From an uncultured Alphaproteobacteria bacterium (GTDB lineage: Bacteria > Pseudomonadota > Alphaproteobacteria > HIMB59 > GCA-002718135): a stretch of 64,000 nucleotides of DNA. The notes under the pieces are model-generated. The model was given only the letters and a program-made list of their open reading frames with translations, did not search any database and had not been told where the DNA came from. Positions 9,778 through 21,467 of this stretch are shown here, in pieces; positions within the stretch are counted from its first letter, which is position 1, and every line of letters starts with the position of its first letter. The position numbers and the translations under genes were made by a program. Location: contig CACMYX010000005.1 in assembly GCA_902618015.1 (NCBI GenBank), positions 719-64,718 of the forward strand, written 5' to 3'.

Positions 9778-10600
9778 TATCAATCTAAAAAATTTTTCTA
9801 TATCAAATAATTCTCCATTTGTTTTAATTGCCGGACCGTGTGTAATAGAGAATGAAGACCACTCATTGATGATTGCAGAAGAGCTAAATAAATTATGTGA
9901 TGATGTTGGTATTAATTTAATTTTTAAATCTAGTTTTGATAAGGCAAATAGATCAAGTATTAATAGTGATAGGGGTATTAAGCTCGATGATGCATTAAAA
10001 ATCTTTGAAAAAATTAAAACTAATTTTAATTTACCAATACTTACCGATGTCCATAATGAGGACCAATGCAATCAATTAAATCAAGATACTATTATCGATA
10101 TTATACAAATTCCTGCTTTTCTATGCCGTCAAACAGATTTATTATTAGCTGCAGGTAGTACAAACAAAATTATTAATGTTAAAAAAGGTCAATTTTTATC
10201 ACCAACTGATGTAAAAAATATTTTCACAAAGATAGAAACTACAAATAATAAAAACATAATGATAACTGAAAGAGGAACAACTTTTGGTTACAATACTCTT
10301 GTAAATGATTTTAAAGGTATAGATATTATGAAAAAATATAAGTATCCAGTAATTTTTGACGCAACTCATTCTGTACAGCAACCTGGAGGATTGGGTGATA
10401 AAAGTGGTGGTCAAAGAGAGCATATTCCTTCATTATGTAAAGCTGCTACTTCTATCGGTATAGCTGGTTTATTTTTAGAAACACATAATGATCCCGATAA
10501 TGCCCCTAGTGATGGACCAAACATGATTAATATTAAAGAGTTAAAAAAATTATTAATTCAACTTAAACAATTTGATGATATAGCAAAAAAAAATGCCTAA
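9770..10600 (+). CDS. kdsA: 2-dehydro-3-deoxyphosphooctonate (KDO-8-P) aldolase
   Basis: 276 aa. [33 protein letters not shown] and DATHSVQ motifs are present. Confidence 0.95.
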   Translation: MININLKNFSISNNSPFVLIAGPCVIENEDHSLMIAEELNKLCDDVGINLIFKSSFDKANRSSINSDRGIKLDDALKIFEKIKTNFNLPILTDVHNEDQCNQLNQDTIIDIIQIPAFLCRQTDLLLAAGSTNKIINVKKGQFLSPTDVKNIFTKIETTNNKNIMITERGTTFGYNTLVNDFKGIDIMKKYKYPVIFDATHSVQQPGGLGDKSGGQREHIPSLCKAATSIGIAGLFLETHNDPDNAPSDGPNMINIKELKKLLIQLKQFDDIAKKNA

Positions 10601-11873
10601 AATAACAAATTTAAAAGCAAGACAAATAATAGATAGTAGGGGAAATCCAACTGTTGAATGTGATATAGAGTTTGAAAATTCTACCTATGGAAGAGCTGCG
10701 GTTCCAAGTGGAGCATCTACTGGAGTTCATGAGGCTTTAGAATTGAGAGATAATGATAAATCCAAATATAAAGGCAAGGGAGTTTTAAAAGCAGTAGGCA
10801 ATATCAATGATACTATTTCTACTGAACTAGTCGGAAAATCATTTGAAGATATTTCTTCTTTTGACGATTTTTTATTACAACTCGATGGTACAGAAAATAA
10901 ATCTAACTTAGGAGCTAATGCAACCCTTGCCGCAAGTTTAGCTTTTGCAAAATGTTTAGCTTCTTCTGAAGGTCATGAATTATATTCTTTTCTTGGTAAG
11001 GAACATACAATGAGTCTACCAGTTCCAATGATGAACATTATTAATGGAGGCTCACATGCAGATAACGATGTTGATATTCAAGAATTTATGGTTGCTCCTA
11101 TTGGTGCAAATAGTTTTTCAGAAGCACTTCAATATGGTTGCGAAATATTTCATTCATTAAAGTCACTTTTAAAATCAAAAGGTTTAAATACAAATGTTGG
11201 TGATGAAGGTGGATTTGCGCCTAACATAAATAGTTCTAGTGAAGTCATAGAAACTGTTTTAAAATCTGTAGAGGATGCTGGTTTTAAACCAGGAAAAGAT
11301 ATTTATCTTTCACTTGATGTTGCATCAACTGAATTTTATAAAAATAATAAATATGATTTACAAGGAGAAAAAATTGTATTGTCTTCAGATGAGATGATTA
11401 AATATCTAGAGAAATTAGTAAATGCTTATCCAATTTATTCTATTGAAGATGGAATGTCAGAAGATGATTGGGATGGTTGGTCAAATTTAACATCAACAAT
11501 AGGAAAAAAAGTTCAGTTAGTTGGTGATGATTTATTTGTTACAAATAAAAAAAGATTACAGAAAGGTATTTCAGAGAGTGCAGGGAATTCTATTTTAGTT
11601 AAAGTAAATCAAATAGGTACTCTAAAAGAAACTTTAGAGTCGATTAAATTAGCTAAAGAAAATAATTTTACTACTATAATTTCACATCGTTCTGGCGAGA
11701 CTGAAGATACGACGATTGCTGATTTATCAGTTGGTGTTTCAGCAGGTCAAATTAAAACAGGATCATTGTCTAGAACAGATAGAACTGCAAAATATAATCA
11801 ATTATTAAGAATTGAAGAAGCATTACAAGGTAAAGCAAAGTTTGCTGGATCTTCTATCTTAAATAATAATTGA
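10593..11873 (+). CDS. eno: Enolase
   Basis: 426 aa. [27 protein letters not shown] and SHRSGETED motifs are present. Confidence 0.98.
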   Translation: MPKITNLKARQIIDSRGNPTVECDIEFENSTYGRAAVPSGASTGVHEALELRDNDKSKYKGKGVLKAVGNINDTISTELVGKSFEDISSFDDFLLQLDGTENKSNLGANATLAASLAFAKCLASSEGHELYSFLGKEHTMSLPVPMMNIINGGSHADNDVDIQEFMVAPIGANSFSEALQYGCEIFHSLKSLLKSKGLNTNVGDEGGFAPNINSSSEVIETVLKSVEDAGFKPGKDIYLSLDVASTEFYKNNKYDLQGEKIVLSSDEMIKYLEKLVNAYPIYSIEDGMSEDDWDGWSNLTSTIGKKVQLVGDDLFVTNKKRLQKGISESAGNSILVKVNQIGTLKETLESIKLAKENNFTTIISHRSGETEDTTIADLSVGVSAGQIKTGSLSRTDRTAKYNQLLRIEEALQGKAKFAGSSILNNN

Positions 11874-11908
11874 CAGTCTCGATCTTAAATATGCTATTTA
11901 TATAAAAT

Positions 11909-12220
11909 ATGAACAAATCATTAGTTCTAAAAAATAAATTTTATTTTTATTTGTCATTTTTGTTTACTTTTTTTCTATTTGTCTATCTTCTTTATTTTCT
12001 TGTAAATGGTGAAAGGGGATTACTGAAATATTTCAGCCTTAAAAATCTTAATTCTCAATACAATGAGCAATATATGTCTTTAAAAAAGGAAAATGAATTT
12101 TACCTAGATAGAATTAAAAGATTACAACCAAATACTATAGATTTGGACTATTTAGATGAGACATTTAGGAAAGTTACAGGATTTACTACAGAAAACGAAA
12201 CAGTTATAATTATAGAATAA
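11909..12220 (+). CDS. ftsB: Septum formation initiator family protein (FtsB/DivIC-like)
   Basis: 103 aa with a single N-terminal TM followed by a coiled-coil. It occupies the conserved position between eno and pdhA in alphaproteobacteria. Confidence 0.7.
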   Translation: MNKSLVLKNKFYFYLSFLFTFFLFVYLLYFLVNGERGLLKYFSLKNLNSQYNEQYMSLKKENEFYLDRIKRLQPNTIDLDYLDETFRKVTGFTTENETVIIIE

Positions 12221-12230
12221 ACTGATTTAT

Positions 12231-12257
12231 TTGACAAAAAATCACCCTAATTATAAT
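12231..12257 (+). promoter_or_regulatory. Putative sigma-70 promoter for the pdh operon (TTGACA-N15-TATAAT)
   Basis: A perfect TTGACA lies at 12231-12236 and a perfect TATAAT at 12252-12257. The spacer is only 15 nt, which is suboptimal. The pdhA ATG is at 12271, implying a very short leader. Confidence 0.35.
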
Positions 12258-12270
12258 TAAAGATTATCAT

Positions 12271-13233
12271 ATGAAGAAACTTCAAAAAGCAGATTACATT
12301 AAAATGTATTCATTTATGCTCAAAATAAGAAGATTTGAGGAAAGAGCAGCTCAACTTTACGGAATGGGTAAGATAGGTGGTTTTTGCCATTTGTATATTG
12401 GCCAAGAAGCAGTTGTTGTTGGTATATTAATGACAATAGATAAGAATGACTCAGTTGTAACAACTTACAGAGATCATGGCCATATGATCGCTAGAGGACT
12501 AGATCCAAAACGTATTATGGCAGAGTTGACTGGTAGAGAAGATGGCTATTCTGCTGGTAAGGGCGGTTCAATGCATATGTTTTCAAAAGAAAATAATTTT
12601 TACGGTGGGCATGGTATTGTAGGAGCTCAAGTACCAATTGGAACGGGTATAGCATTCACGCATAAATATAATGGAGAAAAAAATATATGCAGAACATATA
12701 TTGGTGATGGAGCGATGAACAATGGACAAGTTTTTGAAGCTTTTAATCTAGCTGCTTTATGGAAGCTTCCTGTTTTGTACATTATTGAAAACAACAAATA
12801 TGGAATGGGCACATCTGTAGATAGAGCTGCGGCTGGATTAGACTTATATAAGAGAGGAGAGGCATTTGGTATTCCTGGTGAGAAGGTAGATGGGATGAAT
12901 GTGTTCTCTGTTATAGAAGCAGCAGATAAAGCAGGTAAGTATGTCAGAGAAGGGAATGGGCCTTATATTATTGAAGTACAAACATATCGATATAGAGGAC
13001 ATTCAATGTCAGATCCTGCAAAATATAGAACAAAAGAAGAATTAGATAATTATAAGCAAACCGATCCTATTGAAATAGTCAAAGCTGAAATTTTAAAGAA
13101 AAAAATTGCAACTAATGATGAAATTGAAAAAATTAATAAAGATACTTTAGAAGAAATTAAAAATGCAGCTGAATTTGCAACCAATAGTCCTTTTCCAAAG
13201 GACAGCGAACTTTATACTGATGTTTACCTATAA
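12271..13233 (+). CDS. pdhA: Pyruvate dehydrogenase E1 component, alpha subunit
   Basis: 320 aa with a ThDP-binding region (YIGDGAMNNGQVFEAFNLAALWKLPVLYIIENNKYGMGT) and YRYRGHSMSDP. Confidence 0.95.
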   Translation: MKKLQKADYIKMYSFMLKIRRFEERAAQLYGMGKIGGFCHLYIGQEAVVVGILMTIDKNDSVVTTYRDHGHMIARGLDPKRIMAELTGREDGYSAGKGGSMHMFSKENNFYGGHGIVGAQVPIGTGIAFTHKYNGEKNICRTYIGDGAMNNGQVFEAFNLAALWKLPVLYIIENNKYGMGTSVDRAAAGLDLYKRGEAFGIPGEKVDGMNVFSVIEAADKAGKYVREGNGPYIIEVQTYRYRGHSMSDPAKYRTKEELDNYKQTDPIEIVKAEILKKKIATNDEIEKINKDTLEEIKNAAEFATNSPFPKDSELYTDVYL

Positions 13234-13236
13234 ATT

Positions 13237-14616
13237 ATGAGCACAGAAATTTTAATGCCCGCATTATCTCCAACAATGACAGAAGGAAATCTGTCTAAGT
13301 GGTTAATTAAAAAAGGGGATACTATTAAAGCTGGTGATTTGATTGCTGAAATTGAAACTGATAAAGCAACAATGGAAGTAGAGGCGGTAGACGAAGGTGT
13401 TGTTCTTGATCTTTTATTTAAAGAAGGAGAAGCCAATATTCCAGTAAATAAAGCTATAGCGATTATTGGAGATCCAAATGAAAAAGTTGAAGTAAAAAAA
13501 GAAGCTCCCATTGAAAAAGTGATTGAAGAAAAGAAAATTGAAAAAAATATTGAGACAAAAATTGAGAATAAGAAAGCTGATATAATCGATAAACCATCAC
13601 CTAAAATAGAAGAAGATAGAAATTTAAGTTCAGAAGAAATTACTATGCGCCAAGCACTAAGAGACACAATGGCCGAAGAAATGAGAAAGGATAATAAAGT
13701 TTTCATACTTGGAGAGGAAGTTGCCGAGTATCAAGGTGCGTATAAAGTAACACAAGGTCTTCTAGAAGAATTTGGCAAAGAAAGAGTATTAGATACTCCT
13801 ATTTCTGAACATGGATTTACTGGATTAGCAGTTGGAGCAGCATTTAAGGGATTGAGACCAATCTTAGAATTCATGACTTTTAATTTTTCTATGCAAGCAA
13901 TTGATCAAATTATAAATTCAGCTGCAAAAACACTTTACATGTCTGGGGGGCAAATTAATTGCCCTATTGTTTTCAGAGGACCTAATGGTGCTGCGGCCCA
14001 AGTTGCTGCACAACATAGTCAGGATTTTTCTTCCTGGTATTCTCAAGTGCCAGGTTTAAAAGTTATTGCGCCATCTACTCCTTATAACGCAAAAGGTTTG
14101 TTAAGATCTGCAATATCAGATCCAAATCCTGTAATTTTTCTAGAAAATGAAATTCTTTATGGATTAAAAGGTCCTGTTAATAATGACATTAACTTCTCAA
14201 TACCAATCGGAAAAGCAAATATAGAAAAAGAAGGAAAAGATTTAACGATTGTAACGTATTCAATAATGTTGCAGAAATCGAAAGAAGCGGCATTAAGATT
14301 AAAAGAAGAATACAATTTAGATGCAGAAATTATTGATTTACAAACTTTAAGACCTTTGGATACGGAAACAATATTAAATTCAGTTAAAAAAACTAATAGG
14401 CTTATCACTGTGGAAGAGTCTTGGCCATTTGGTAGTGTTGGTTCTGAAATTGCAAATATTGTTCAAAGGGATGCATTTGATTATCTAGATTCACCAGTGA
14501 TAAAAGTTAATAGTGCTGATGTTCCAATGCCATACGCATTAAGCTTAGAAAAATTATACCTTCCTCAAGTTGATGATATTATAAATGCTGCAAAAAAAGT
14601 AAGTTATTTAAAATAA
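13237..14616 (+). CDS. pdhB: Pyruvate dehydrogenase E1 component, beta subunit, with an N-terminal lipoyl domain
   Basis: 459 aa. The N-terminal roughly 80 aa form a lipoyl domain ([13 protein letters not shown]...[12 protein letters not shown]). After a charged linker comes the transketolase-like E1 beta core ([26 protein letters not shown]). Confidence 0.95.
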   Translation: MSTEILMPALSPTMTEGNLSKWLIKKGDTIKAGDLIAEIETDKATMEVEAVDEGVVLDLLFKEGEANIPVNKAIAIIGDPNEKVEVKKEAPIEKVIEEKKIEKNIETKIENKKADIIDKPSPKIEEDRNLSSEEITMRQALRDTMAEEMRKDNKVFILGEEVAEYQGAYKVTQGLLEEFGKERVLDTPISEHGFTGLAVGAAFKGLRPILEFMTFNFSMQAIDQIINSAAKTLYMSGGQINCPIVFRGPNGAAAQVAAQHSQDFSSWYSQVPGLKVIAPSTPYNAKGLLRSAISDPNPVIFLENEILYGLKGPVNNDINFSIPIGKANIEKEGKDLTIVTYSIMLQKSKEAALRLKEEYNLDAEIIDLQTLRPLDTETILNSVKKTNRLITVEESWPFGSVGSEIANIVQRDAFDYLDSPVIKVNSADVPMPYALSLEKLYLPQVDDIINAAKKVSYLK

Positions 14617-15846
14617 ATGGCTATTAAAGTTTTAATGCCTGCATTATCACCCACAATGTCAGAGGGTGTAATTAATAAGTGGTTAGTTAATGTTGGTGAT
14701 ACTGTTTCAGCTGGAGATATATTAGCTGAAATTGAAACAGATAAAGCAACAATGGAAGTTGAAGCAGTTGATGAGGGAGAAATTACACATTTAATTGATA
14801 CAACACCAGATAAACAAATTGCTGTTAATTCTGTCATTGCTCTAATCAATGGTAGCAAAGATGAAAGATTAGAAGATTATAATGATAAAGATCAAGCTGT
14901 AAGCAGTGAAGAAAAAAATAAAGTTTCAGAAACACCTAAAGTAAATACGGAAGTAGATAACATTCAAATAATAGAAAGAAGTAAAGATTCAAACACTAAA
15001 CAAAATACTAATTTTGCCTCACCATTTGTTAAAAAATTTTCGAAAGATAACAATATTGATCTAACTCTTATTAAAGGGTCTGGGCCTGATGGTAGGATAA
15101 TAAAAAAAGATATTCAAAATTTTGAACTTCATATCAATGATGAAAACATTTCTGTAATTGAACCGTCTAGTATTAGAAAAATAATTGCTGAAAGAACAAC
15201 ACAAACAAAAAATGAGGTTCCACATTTTTATCTTACTATTGAAACAAGAATGGATAAGCTAATAAATTTAAGAAAAAAAATAAATTCAAATAGTAATATC
15301 AAAATCTCGTTTAATGACCTTATTGTTAAAGCATGTGCAATGGCTATAGCGAAAAATCCAGAAACAAATATTTCTTGGGTGAATGGTAAAATTCATCAAT
15401 ATAAAAATATCGATATTGCTATAGCGGTAGCGTTAAAAGAAGGATTGATTACACCTATTGTTAAAGAAGCTGATACAAAAGGATTAGTTGAAATCTCAAC
15501 AGAAATTAAATCATTAGTAAAAAAAGCTAATCAAAATAAATTATTACCAGAAGAATATAGTGGAGGATCAATAACTATCTCAAACCTAGGCATGTTTGGA
15601 ATCACAGAATTTCAAGCAATTATTAATCCGCCACAATCAAGTATTATTGCAATTGGATCTATAATTGAAAAACCTGTTGTGAACTCTGGCAGTATTGAAA
15701 TAGGGCATACAATGAAATCTACTATTTCAGCAGATCATAGATCATTAGATGGTGCCGTTGCGGCAAAATTACTCAAAGATTTTAGCGATATTTTGGAAGA
15801 TCCCTTCCAAATATGGTTGAATAGCTTGGATATGGAAGTTATTTAA
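14617..15846 (+). CDS. pdhC: Dihydrolipoamide acetyltransferase (PDH E2)
   Basis: 409 aa with a lipoyl domain ([12 protein letters not shown]), an E3-binding domain ([33 protein letters not shown]) and a catalytic domain ([10 protein letters not shown]). Confidence 0.94.
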   Translation: MAIKVLMPALSPTMSEGVINKWLVNVGDTVSAGDILAEIETDKATMEVEAVDEGEITHLIDTTPDKQIAVNSVIALINGSKDERLEDYNDKDQAVSSEEKNKVSETPKVNTEVDNIQIIERSKDSNTKQNTNFASPFVKKFSKDNNIDLTLIKGSGPDGRIIKKDIQNFELHINDENISVIEPSSIRKIIAERTTQTKNEVPHFYLTIETRMDKLINLRKKINSNSNIKISFNDLIVKACAMAIAKNPETNISWVNGKIHQYKNIDIAIAVALKEGLITPIVKEADTKGLVEISTEIKSLVKKANQNKLLPEEYSGGSITISNLGMFGITEFQAIINPPQSSIIAIGSIIEKPVVNSGSIEIGHTMKSTISADHRSLDGAVAAKLLKDFSDILEDPFQIWLNSLDMEVI

Positions 15847-15851
15847 CATTT

Positions 15852-16787
15852 ATGAGCGGACCACGTCATCCTGAAAAAGTAAAAAATAAATCCAATCCAA
15901 TTCCTAAAAAGCCAAGTTGGATTAGAGTAAAAGCACCAACTTCAAAATTTTTCAAAGAAACAAATAAACTTCTAAAAGATAAAAAAATTGTAACTGTATG
16001 CGAAGAAGCTGCATGCCCAAATATAGCTGAATGTTGGCAAAAAAAACATGCAACATTTATGATACTTGGAGATATATGTACTAGAGCTTGTGCATTTTGT
16101 AATATTAAAACTGGTAAACCTCATTATATTGATCACGGTGAAGCTATAAGAATTGCTGAGTCAGTTAAGCAACTGAATTTAGAACATGTTGTAATAACAA
16201 GTGTTGATAGAGACGACCTAATAGATGGTGGAGCACTACATTTTATTAACGTAATAGATTCAATTAAATCTTTAAATCCAAGTTGCACAATTGAAATTTT
16301 AACTCCTGACTTTAAAAATAAACCTGAAGCTATAGATATTTTATCAAAAAATTTACCTGATGTTTTCAATCATAACTTAGAAACAGTCCCAAGATTATAT
16401 CCATCAATTCGTCCGGGTTCACGTTACTTTGTAAGTTTGAATTTACTTAGTCAAATTAAAGAAAAAAATCCAAGTATATTTACAAAATCAGGTCTAATGG
16501 TTGGTTTAGGTGAAACTAAAGAAGAAGTATATCAGGTAATGGATGATTTAAGAGCAGCTAATGTTGATTTTATTACAATAGGGCAATACTTACCTCCAAC
16601 ACCGAAACACGCTAAGCTAGAAAAATTTATTACCCCTAAAGAATTTGATGAATATAAAAAAATGGCATACGCAAAAGGATTTTTAATGGTGGCATCATCA
16701 CCGCTAACTCGTTCAAGTTATCATGCTTCTGATGATTTTAAAATTATGCAAGAAAATAGGAAAAATAAACTTTATTCAATTCAATGA
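15852..16787 (+). CDS. lipA: Lipoyl synthase
   Basis: 311 aa with two Cys clusters ([12 protein letters not shown] and the radical-SAM CTRACAFC). Confidence 0.97.
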   Translation: MSGPRHPEKVKNKSNPIPKKPSWIRVKAPTSKFFKETNKLLKDKKIVTVCEEAACPNIAECWQKKHATFMILGDICTRACAFCNIKTGKPHYIDHGEAIRIAESVKQLNLEHVVITSVDRDDLIDGGALHFINVIDSIKSLNPSCTIEILTPDFKNKPEAIDILSKNLPDVFNHNLETVPRLYPSIRPGSRYFVSLNLLSQIKEKNPSIFTKSGLMVGLGETKEEVYQVMDDLRAANVDFITIGQYLPPTPKHAKLEKFITPKEFDEYKKMAYAKGFLMVASSPLTRSSYHASDDFKIMQENRKNKLYSIQ

Positions 16788-17221
16788 AATCTTCAAATAG
16801 AGAGGAAATAGTCGATCACGACGCAAAAGGACTTTTCGATATTGTTTTAGATATTGAAAGTTACCCATATTTTATTCCTTGGTGTTCAGCAATGAGAATT
16901 CATTCTAAAAATAAAAATGAAATATATGCTGATATGGTCGTATGGTATAAATATTTTATGCCCCAAACTTTTGGTTCTCACGTCACTTTTGATAAAAAAA
17001 AACTTTCAATAAGCACAACTTATATTGAAGGACCTTTAAAAGATCTTAAAACTAGTTGGATTTTTGAATCATTAAAAAAAAATCAAACAAGAATTCATTT
17101 TAATGTTGAATTTGAATTTAAACGATTTTTTCACCAAAAAATTGCTGAAGCTTTTTTTCCTTTAATTGAAAACAAAATGATTGAGTCATTTAAAGTTCGT
17201 GCTGATGAAATTTTAGATTAA
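16784..17221 (+). CDS. SRPBCC-fold protein (RatA/Coq10-like, polyketide cyclase/dehydrase family)
   Basis: 145 aa. The YPYFIPWC motif and the position immediately after lipA are typical of the alphaproteobacterial RatA/Coq10 homologue. Confidence 0.75.
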   Translation: MKSSNREEIVDHDAKGLFDIVLDIESYPYFIPWCSAMRIHSKNKNEIYADMVVWYKYFMPQTFGSHVTFDKKKLSISTTYIEGPLKDLKTSWIFESLKKNQTRIHFNVEFEFKRFFHQKIAEAFFPLIENKMIESFKVRADEILD

Positions 17222-17677
17222 TTGATTAATTTTGCTAAATACAAAATTTCTAGTTTTTCTCTGTATGTCTAATCGTTTTCCTTTGTATATTTTCTTGAAA
17301 ATATAATTACTTTTATTAACTTTAATTCCGATATACACTAATCCTACTGGCTTTAACTTTGTCCCACCATTCGGACCTGCTATACCAGTTGTAGAAATGC
17401 AGATTTTTGTTTTTTCATTTTTATACAGACCATTTATCATTTCCTCAGCTACTTCTTTACTTACAGCTCCAAATTTAGAGAGATTACCTTTTGAAACAGA
17501 TAAATATTTAGATTTAGCTTTATTTGAATAACTAATAATCCCGTAAGAGAAAATTTTTGAAACTCCACTATATTTTGTGATAGTGTTTGCTATTAACCCA
17601 CCTGTGCATGACTCAGCAACTGAAATTGAGATATTTTTTTTTATTAATTTATCTATAACTTTTTTAATAATAGGCAT
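17213..17677 (-). CDS. CinA C-terminal-domain protein (nicotinamide-nucleotide amidohydrolase PncC family)
   Basis: 154 aa. VAESCTGGL, ISTTGIAGPNGG and PVGLVYIG motifs are present. The gene converges on and overlaps the previous gene by 9 nt. Confidence 0.88.
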   Translation of the reverse strand: MPIIKKVIDKLIKKNISISVAESCTGGLIANTITKYSGVSKIFSYGIISYSNKAKSKYLSVSKGNLSKFGAVSKEVAEEMINGLYKNEKTKICISTTGIAGPNGGTKLKPVGLVYIGIKVNKSNYIFKKIYKGKRLDIQRKTRNFVFSKINQLI

Positions 17678-18140
17678 TTACAATATAAAGAATTATTATT
17701 GTATATATTCCTGCTATTAAATCATCAAGAATTACACCAAAAGCTGATTTAAGTTTCCTATCTACTATGTTGGCTGGATAAATTTTCAATATATCAAAAA
17801 AACGAAATAAAATAAAAATTAGCGTTATTGTTACATAAGGATTTATTATTTTAATTTGATCATAAAATATCAAAATTAAGTATACTCCTAAGAATTCATC
17901 AATAACTATTATTTTTGAGTCATGTGATTGGTTGTGTGATGAGAATTTATTAATAAAAAATAAAGATAGTAAAAAGATTACAAAAAAAATTACTACAAAT
18001 ATTTCTAAAGAAATAATTTTGTATTCAACAATAGGAAATAAAATAACTATTGATAAAAAAGATGCAAAGGTTCCTGATGGTATTAATTTAATATATCCAG
18101 CAAAAGATAAAGATACAAAAAAATTAGCTAATTTTATCAT
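17664..18140 (-). CDS. pgpA: Phosphatidylglycerophosphatase A
   Basis: 158 aa polytopic membrane protein (SGTFASF, IVIDEFLG, RFFDILKIYP, DDLIAG motifs). Confidence 0.87.
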   Translation of the reverse strand: MIKLANFFVSLSFAGYIKLIPSGTFASFLSIVILFPIVEYKIISLEIFVVIFFVIFLLSLFFINKFSSHNQSHDSKIIVIDEFLGVYLILIFYDQIKIINPYVTITLIFILFRFFDILKIYPANIVDRKLKSAFGVILDDLIAGIYTIIILYIVNAYY

Positions 18141-19263
18141 CTGTTATATGAACTATTGACTCGGCTGCAATTCCTTCGCCATTGCCAATAAAACCAATTT
18201 TTTCATTTGTAGTTGCTTTAATAGATACAGAGGTATTTTTAATTTGAAGTAATGTTGAAATGTTCTCAATCATTTTTGAAACATATTTATTAATTTTAGG
18301 TTTTTCAGCTATTATATTTATATCTAGATTGATTACAGAATAACCTTTTTCTTTAAGTTTATTTCTGCAATAAATAATGAACTTAGATGAATCTGCATTT
18401 TTCCATTTTTTATCTGTGTTTGGAAAGTGATAACCTATGTCTCTCATAGAGAGCGCTCCAAAAATACTATCACAAATTGCATGCAGTACAACGTCGGCAT
18501 CAGAATGACCAATTAACTTAGAGAAAGGAATTTTCACACCCCCTAATTTTAATCCATTTTTAGTTTTTTTATCAATTTGATGAATATCATAACCAATACC
18601 GTATTTTGTTATGGGCTTTCTGTATAAATTAAATAACTGAATATCTTCTGGGTAAGTAATTTTAATATTATTTTTTTCACCTTTGATCAAATTTATTTTT
18701 ATTTTTGATTTTTGTAATAGCCCTGCATCATCATTAAATTCAAAATTTTTATATTTGATATGTTCTTTTAATATTAAATTATAATTAAAACCCTGGGGTG
18801 TTTGTACGTTAATTGCTTTTGTTTCCAATTTACTTTTCTTTATTAGTTGTCTGTCATTATATTCAACATATGGAATTGCATTAGTATTTTTGCCTAATTT
18901 GGATATAATTCTTTTAATTAATTTATTACTACATAAAGGACGCGCAGCATCATGTATTAATACATTTTTAATTTTAAATTTTTTTAAATTTTTTAAAGCA
19001 TTAAAAGATGAAATTTGTCTTGTTAGCCCAGGTTTTGAATAGGTAATTTTTATTTTCTCAGAAACAGCCTTATGATTAAAGTAAGTGTTTTGATATTTTT
19101 TATCTATTGAAATATTAATAATATCGAAGTTTGATAAATCTAAATTTGAAATAAAATAATTTAAAAAATTTGTATTCCCAATTTTTAAGAATTGTTTTGG
19201 AATTTTTTGACCAAATCTCTTTCCTTTTCCACCAGCTAGAATTACAAGTGCATTTTTCATCAT
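18124..19263 (-). CDS. ispDF: Bifunctional IspD/IspF (MEP cytidylyltransferase / MEcPP synthase)
   Basis: 379 aa. The N-terminal half is IspD (ILAGGKGKRFG). The C-terminal half is IspF (GIGYDIHQ, GHSDADVVLHAICDS, ATTNEKIGFIG). Confidence 0.95.
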   Translation of the reverse strand: MMKNALVILAGGKGKRFGQKIPKQFLKIGNTNFLNYFISNLDLSNFDIINISIDKKYQNTYFNHKAVSEKIKITYSKPGLTRQISSFNALKNLKKFKIKNVLIHDAARPLCSNKLIKRIISKLGKNTNAIPYVEYNDRQLIKKSKLETKAINVQTPQGFNYNLILKEHIKYKNFEFNDDAGLLQKSKIKINLIKGEKNNIKITYPEDIQLFNLYRKPITKYGIGYDIHQIDKKTKNGLKLGGVKIPFSKLIGHSDADVVLHAICDSIFGALSMRDIGYHFPNTDKKWKNADSSKFIIYCRNKLKEKGYSVINLDINIIAEKPKINKYVSKMIENISTLLQIKNTSVSIKATTNEKIGFIGNGEGIAAESIVHITDDKIS

Positions 19264-19322
19264 TTTAATTTATATACTATACTGTTTTACTATCATTATT
19301 TAAAAACTAACTAAAGTATACA

Positions 19323-21467
19323 GTGTTTAACCTATCAAAATTACTTAAATCTATTCATCTTTCAAGATTATCTTTTTATTTTTTAATCTTTTTAATCATA
19401 TTGAGTTTTTCGATCACATTCTACTTAATGCTTCCAAATAACGATCTAGTAAAAGATCCAAGAAGACTACAATTTTTTTTATTGGCGGATGTAATTTTTG
19501 TCATTTTATTGATATCCATAATTATTAGACAAATTGTATTGATCTTAGTGAGAAGAAGAAAAAGTTATGATGAATCTAGATTATATATAAAATTTGTAAA
19601 TTTATTTGCTGCAATGGCTTTAGGACCAGCCATTGGTTTAGTTATTATAACATCATTATTCTTTAATTTAGAATTAAGAACTTGGTATGGTGATGCTGTA
19701 AGGGATGCGGTTGTAAATTCTAATATTGTAGCAAGAAATTATGAAAATGAAATACAGGCAGAAATTGTGTCTGATACTCAATTAATAATGAGAGAAATAT
19801 TAAAAGTTTCTCAAAATAATGAGGTTAATATTCAATCAATTAGAACAGCTTTAAGTGAATTTATTAACTTAAGAACAATTTCAAGTATTTATATTTTTAA
19901 TACGGAAGGCAACATCTATTTAAGTTTAAAAGATCCTGATAATAAAAATTTTTCAGTGCCATCAAATGAAATATTTAAGATTGTTAATCAAAATCGTGTT
20001 TATATTTTTCAATTAAATAAAAATTCTATTACTGCGTATAAAAAAATAAATTTTTTAAATGATGTTTACATGCAAGTTAATAGAAATCTAAATACCAATA
20101 TCTGGGATCATATTAGCGCTACAAAAGAGGCATTTGAAATTTACACTATGAAAGAAGAGGATAGTTCAGGAATTCAAATAACTTATTCAATGATATTTGT
20201 TCTTTTCTCCATTTGTTTTATATTAGTGGCAATTTTGATTGGATTTAATCTAGCTAGCAATCTTAGTAAACCAATTACAAACTTAATTAAATCAGCAAAT
20301 AAGATATCAGAAGGGAATTTTGATGCTAAAGTTAGTGAGGCAGATCAATTTCAAGAGATAAAAGTATTACTATCATCTTATAATAAAATGATTTCTGAAA
20401 TTGAGAATAAACAAAATGAGCTAATATCAAAAAGTCAAGAAGATGAAGAAAAAAGAATTTTTATAGAGGCGATCTTAAGTCTTTTAACAATAGGTGTAAT
20501 TTCTTTAGATAAAAATTTTAATATTTTGTTATACAATAAAACTTTAACAAAACTATTTAGAAGCACTAAAAGTTTTAAAATAAATGAAAATTTTCTATCC
20601 TATTTCCCTGAATGGAAAAAAATATTCGAGAACTTTGAAACCTCAAATAAAGTATTATTAAATTTTCAATACGATTTTACATTATATGATGATCAGAGGA
20701 ATTTTAATATTAGAGTCATTAAAGAGATTAATGACAATAATATTGAGGGATATGTTGTTGCCCTAGATGATGCTACATCTTTAATTTTAGCAGAAAAACA
20801 TGCTGCTTGGTCTGATATTGCAAGAAAGATAGCCCATGAAGTTAAAAATCCTCTAACCCCCATTAAACTTTCTGCTGAAAGAATAGAAAAGAAATTTTTA
20901 GATGCAAAAACAGATAAGGAAGATATTTCACTTCTAACGAAAACAATATCAAGGCAAGTAGATGATATTGGAAAGTTAGTTGATGAATTTTCATCTTTTG
21001 CTAGAATGCCTGAAGCAGAAATTAAACTTGATAACCTATCAAAATGTTTAGAAGAGGCATACCTTTTATATTTCAATACAAGGAAGGATATAAAGCTTAA
21101 TTTAATTAAACCCAAAAATGATATTTATTTTCATTTTGACACCCTTCAAATCTCAAGATGTTTCAGTAACTTAATTAAAAATGCTATTGAAGCAGTGGAA
21201 AAAATACCTAACCCTGCAGTAGAAGTATTAATGTCTACTGATGCTAAAAATATAAAAATTGAAATAAAGGATAATGGTGTAGGTATTGATGAAAAAATGT
21301 TGAGTAAAATATTTGAGCCTTATTTTACAACTAAAACAAAGGGAACCGGACTTGGTTTATCTATTGTAAAAAGAATTATTGAAGATCATGGTGGTAAAAT
21401 AAAAATTGAGAAAAATAAAAATATGGCAGGAACAAAATCACTAATTAATTTTGAATACAATGCATAA
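19323..21467 (+). CDS. ntrY: Sensor histidine kinase NtrY
   Basis: 714 aa with a GTG start. The N-terminus has 4 TM segments, followed by a HAMP-like segment, a PAS region, HisKA (IAHEVKNPLTPI) and HATPase (GTGLGLSIVKRIIEDHGG). ntrX lies immediately downstream. Confidence 0.88.
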   Translation: MFNLSKLLKSIHLSRLSFYFLIFLIILSFSITFYLMLPNNDLVKDPRRLQFFLLADVIFVILLISIIIRQIVLILVRRRKSYDESRLYIKFVNLFAAMALGPAIGLVIITSLFFNLELRTWYGDAVRDAVVNSNIVARNYENEIQAEIVSDTQLIMREILKVSQNNEVNIQSIRTALSEFINLRTISSIYIFNTEGNIYLSLKDPDNKNFSVPSNEIFKIVNQNRVYIFQLNKNSITAYKKINFLNDVYMQVNRNLNTNIWDHISATKEAFEIYTMKEEDSSGIQITYSMIFVLFSICFILVAILIGFNLASNLSKPITNLIKSANKISEGNFDAKVSEADQFQEIKVLLSSYNKMISEIENKQNELISKSQEDEEKRIFIEAILSLLTIGVISLDKNFNILLYNKTLTKLFRSTKSFKINENFLSYFPEWKKIFENFETSNKVLLNFQYDFTLYDDQRNFNIRVIKEINDNNIEGYVVALDDATSLILAEKHAAWSDIARKIAHEVKNPLTPIKLSAERIEKKFLDAKTDKEDISLLTKTISRQVDDIGKLVDEFSSFARMPEAEIKLDNLSKCLEEAYLLYFNTRKDIKLNLIKPKNDIYFHFDTLQISRCFSNLIKNAIEAVEKIPNPAVEVLMSTDAKNIKIEIKDNGVGIDEKMLSKIFEPYFTTKTKGTGLGLSIVKRIIEDHGGKIKIEKNKNMAGTKSLINFEYNA

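Noticed and set aside
13224-13706. Two antisense ORFs (13224..13706 and 14604..14858) share a similar peptide (..[17 protein letters not shown]..). This could look like a repeated gene family.
   Set aside because: The similarity is the reverse-complement shadow of the paralogous lipoyl domains of pdhB and pdhC. Both ORFs are antisense to strongly supported genes.
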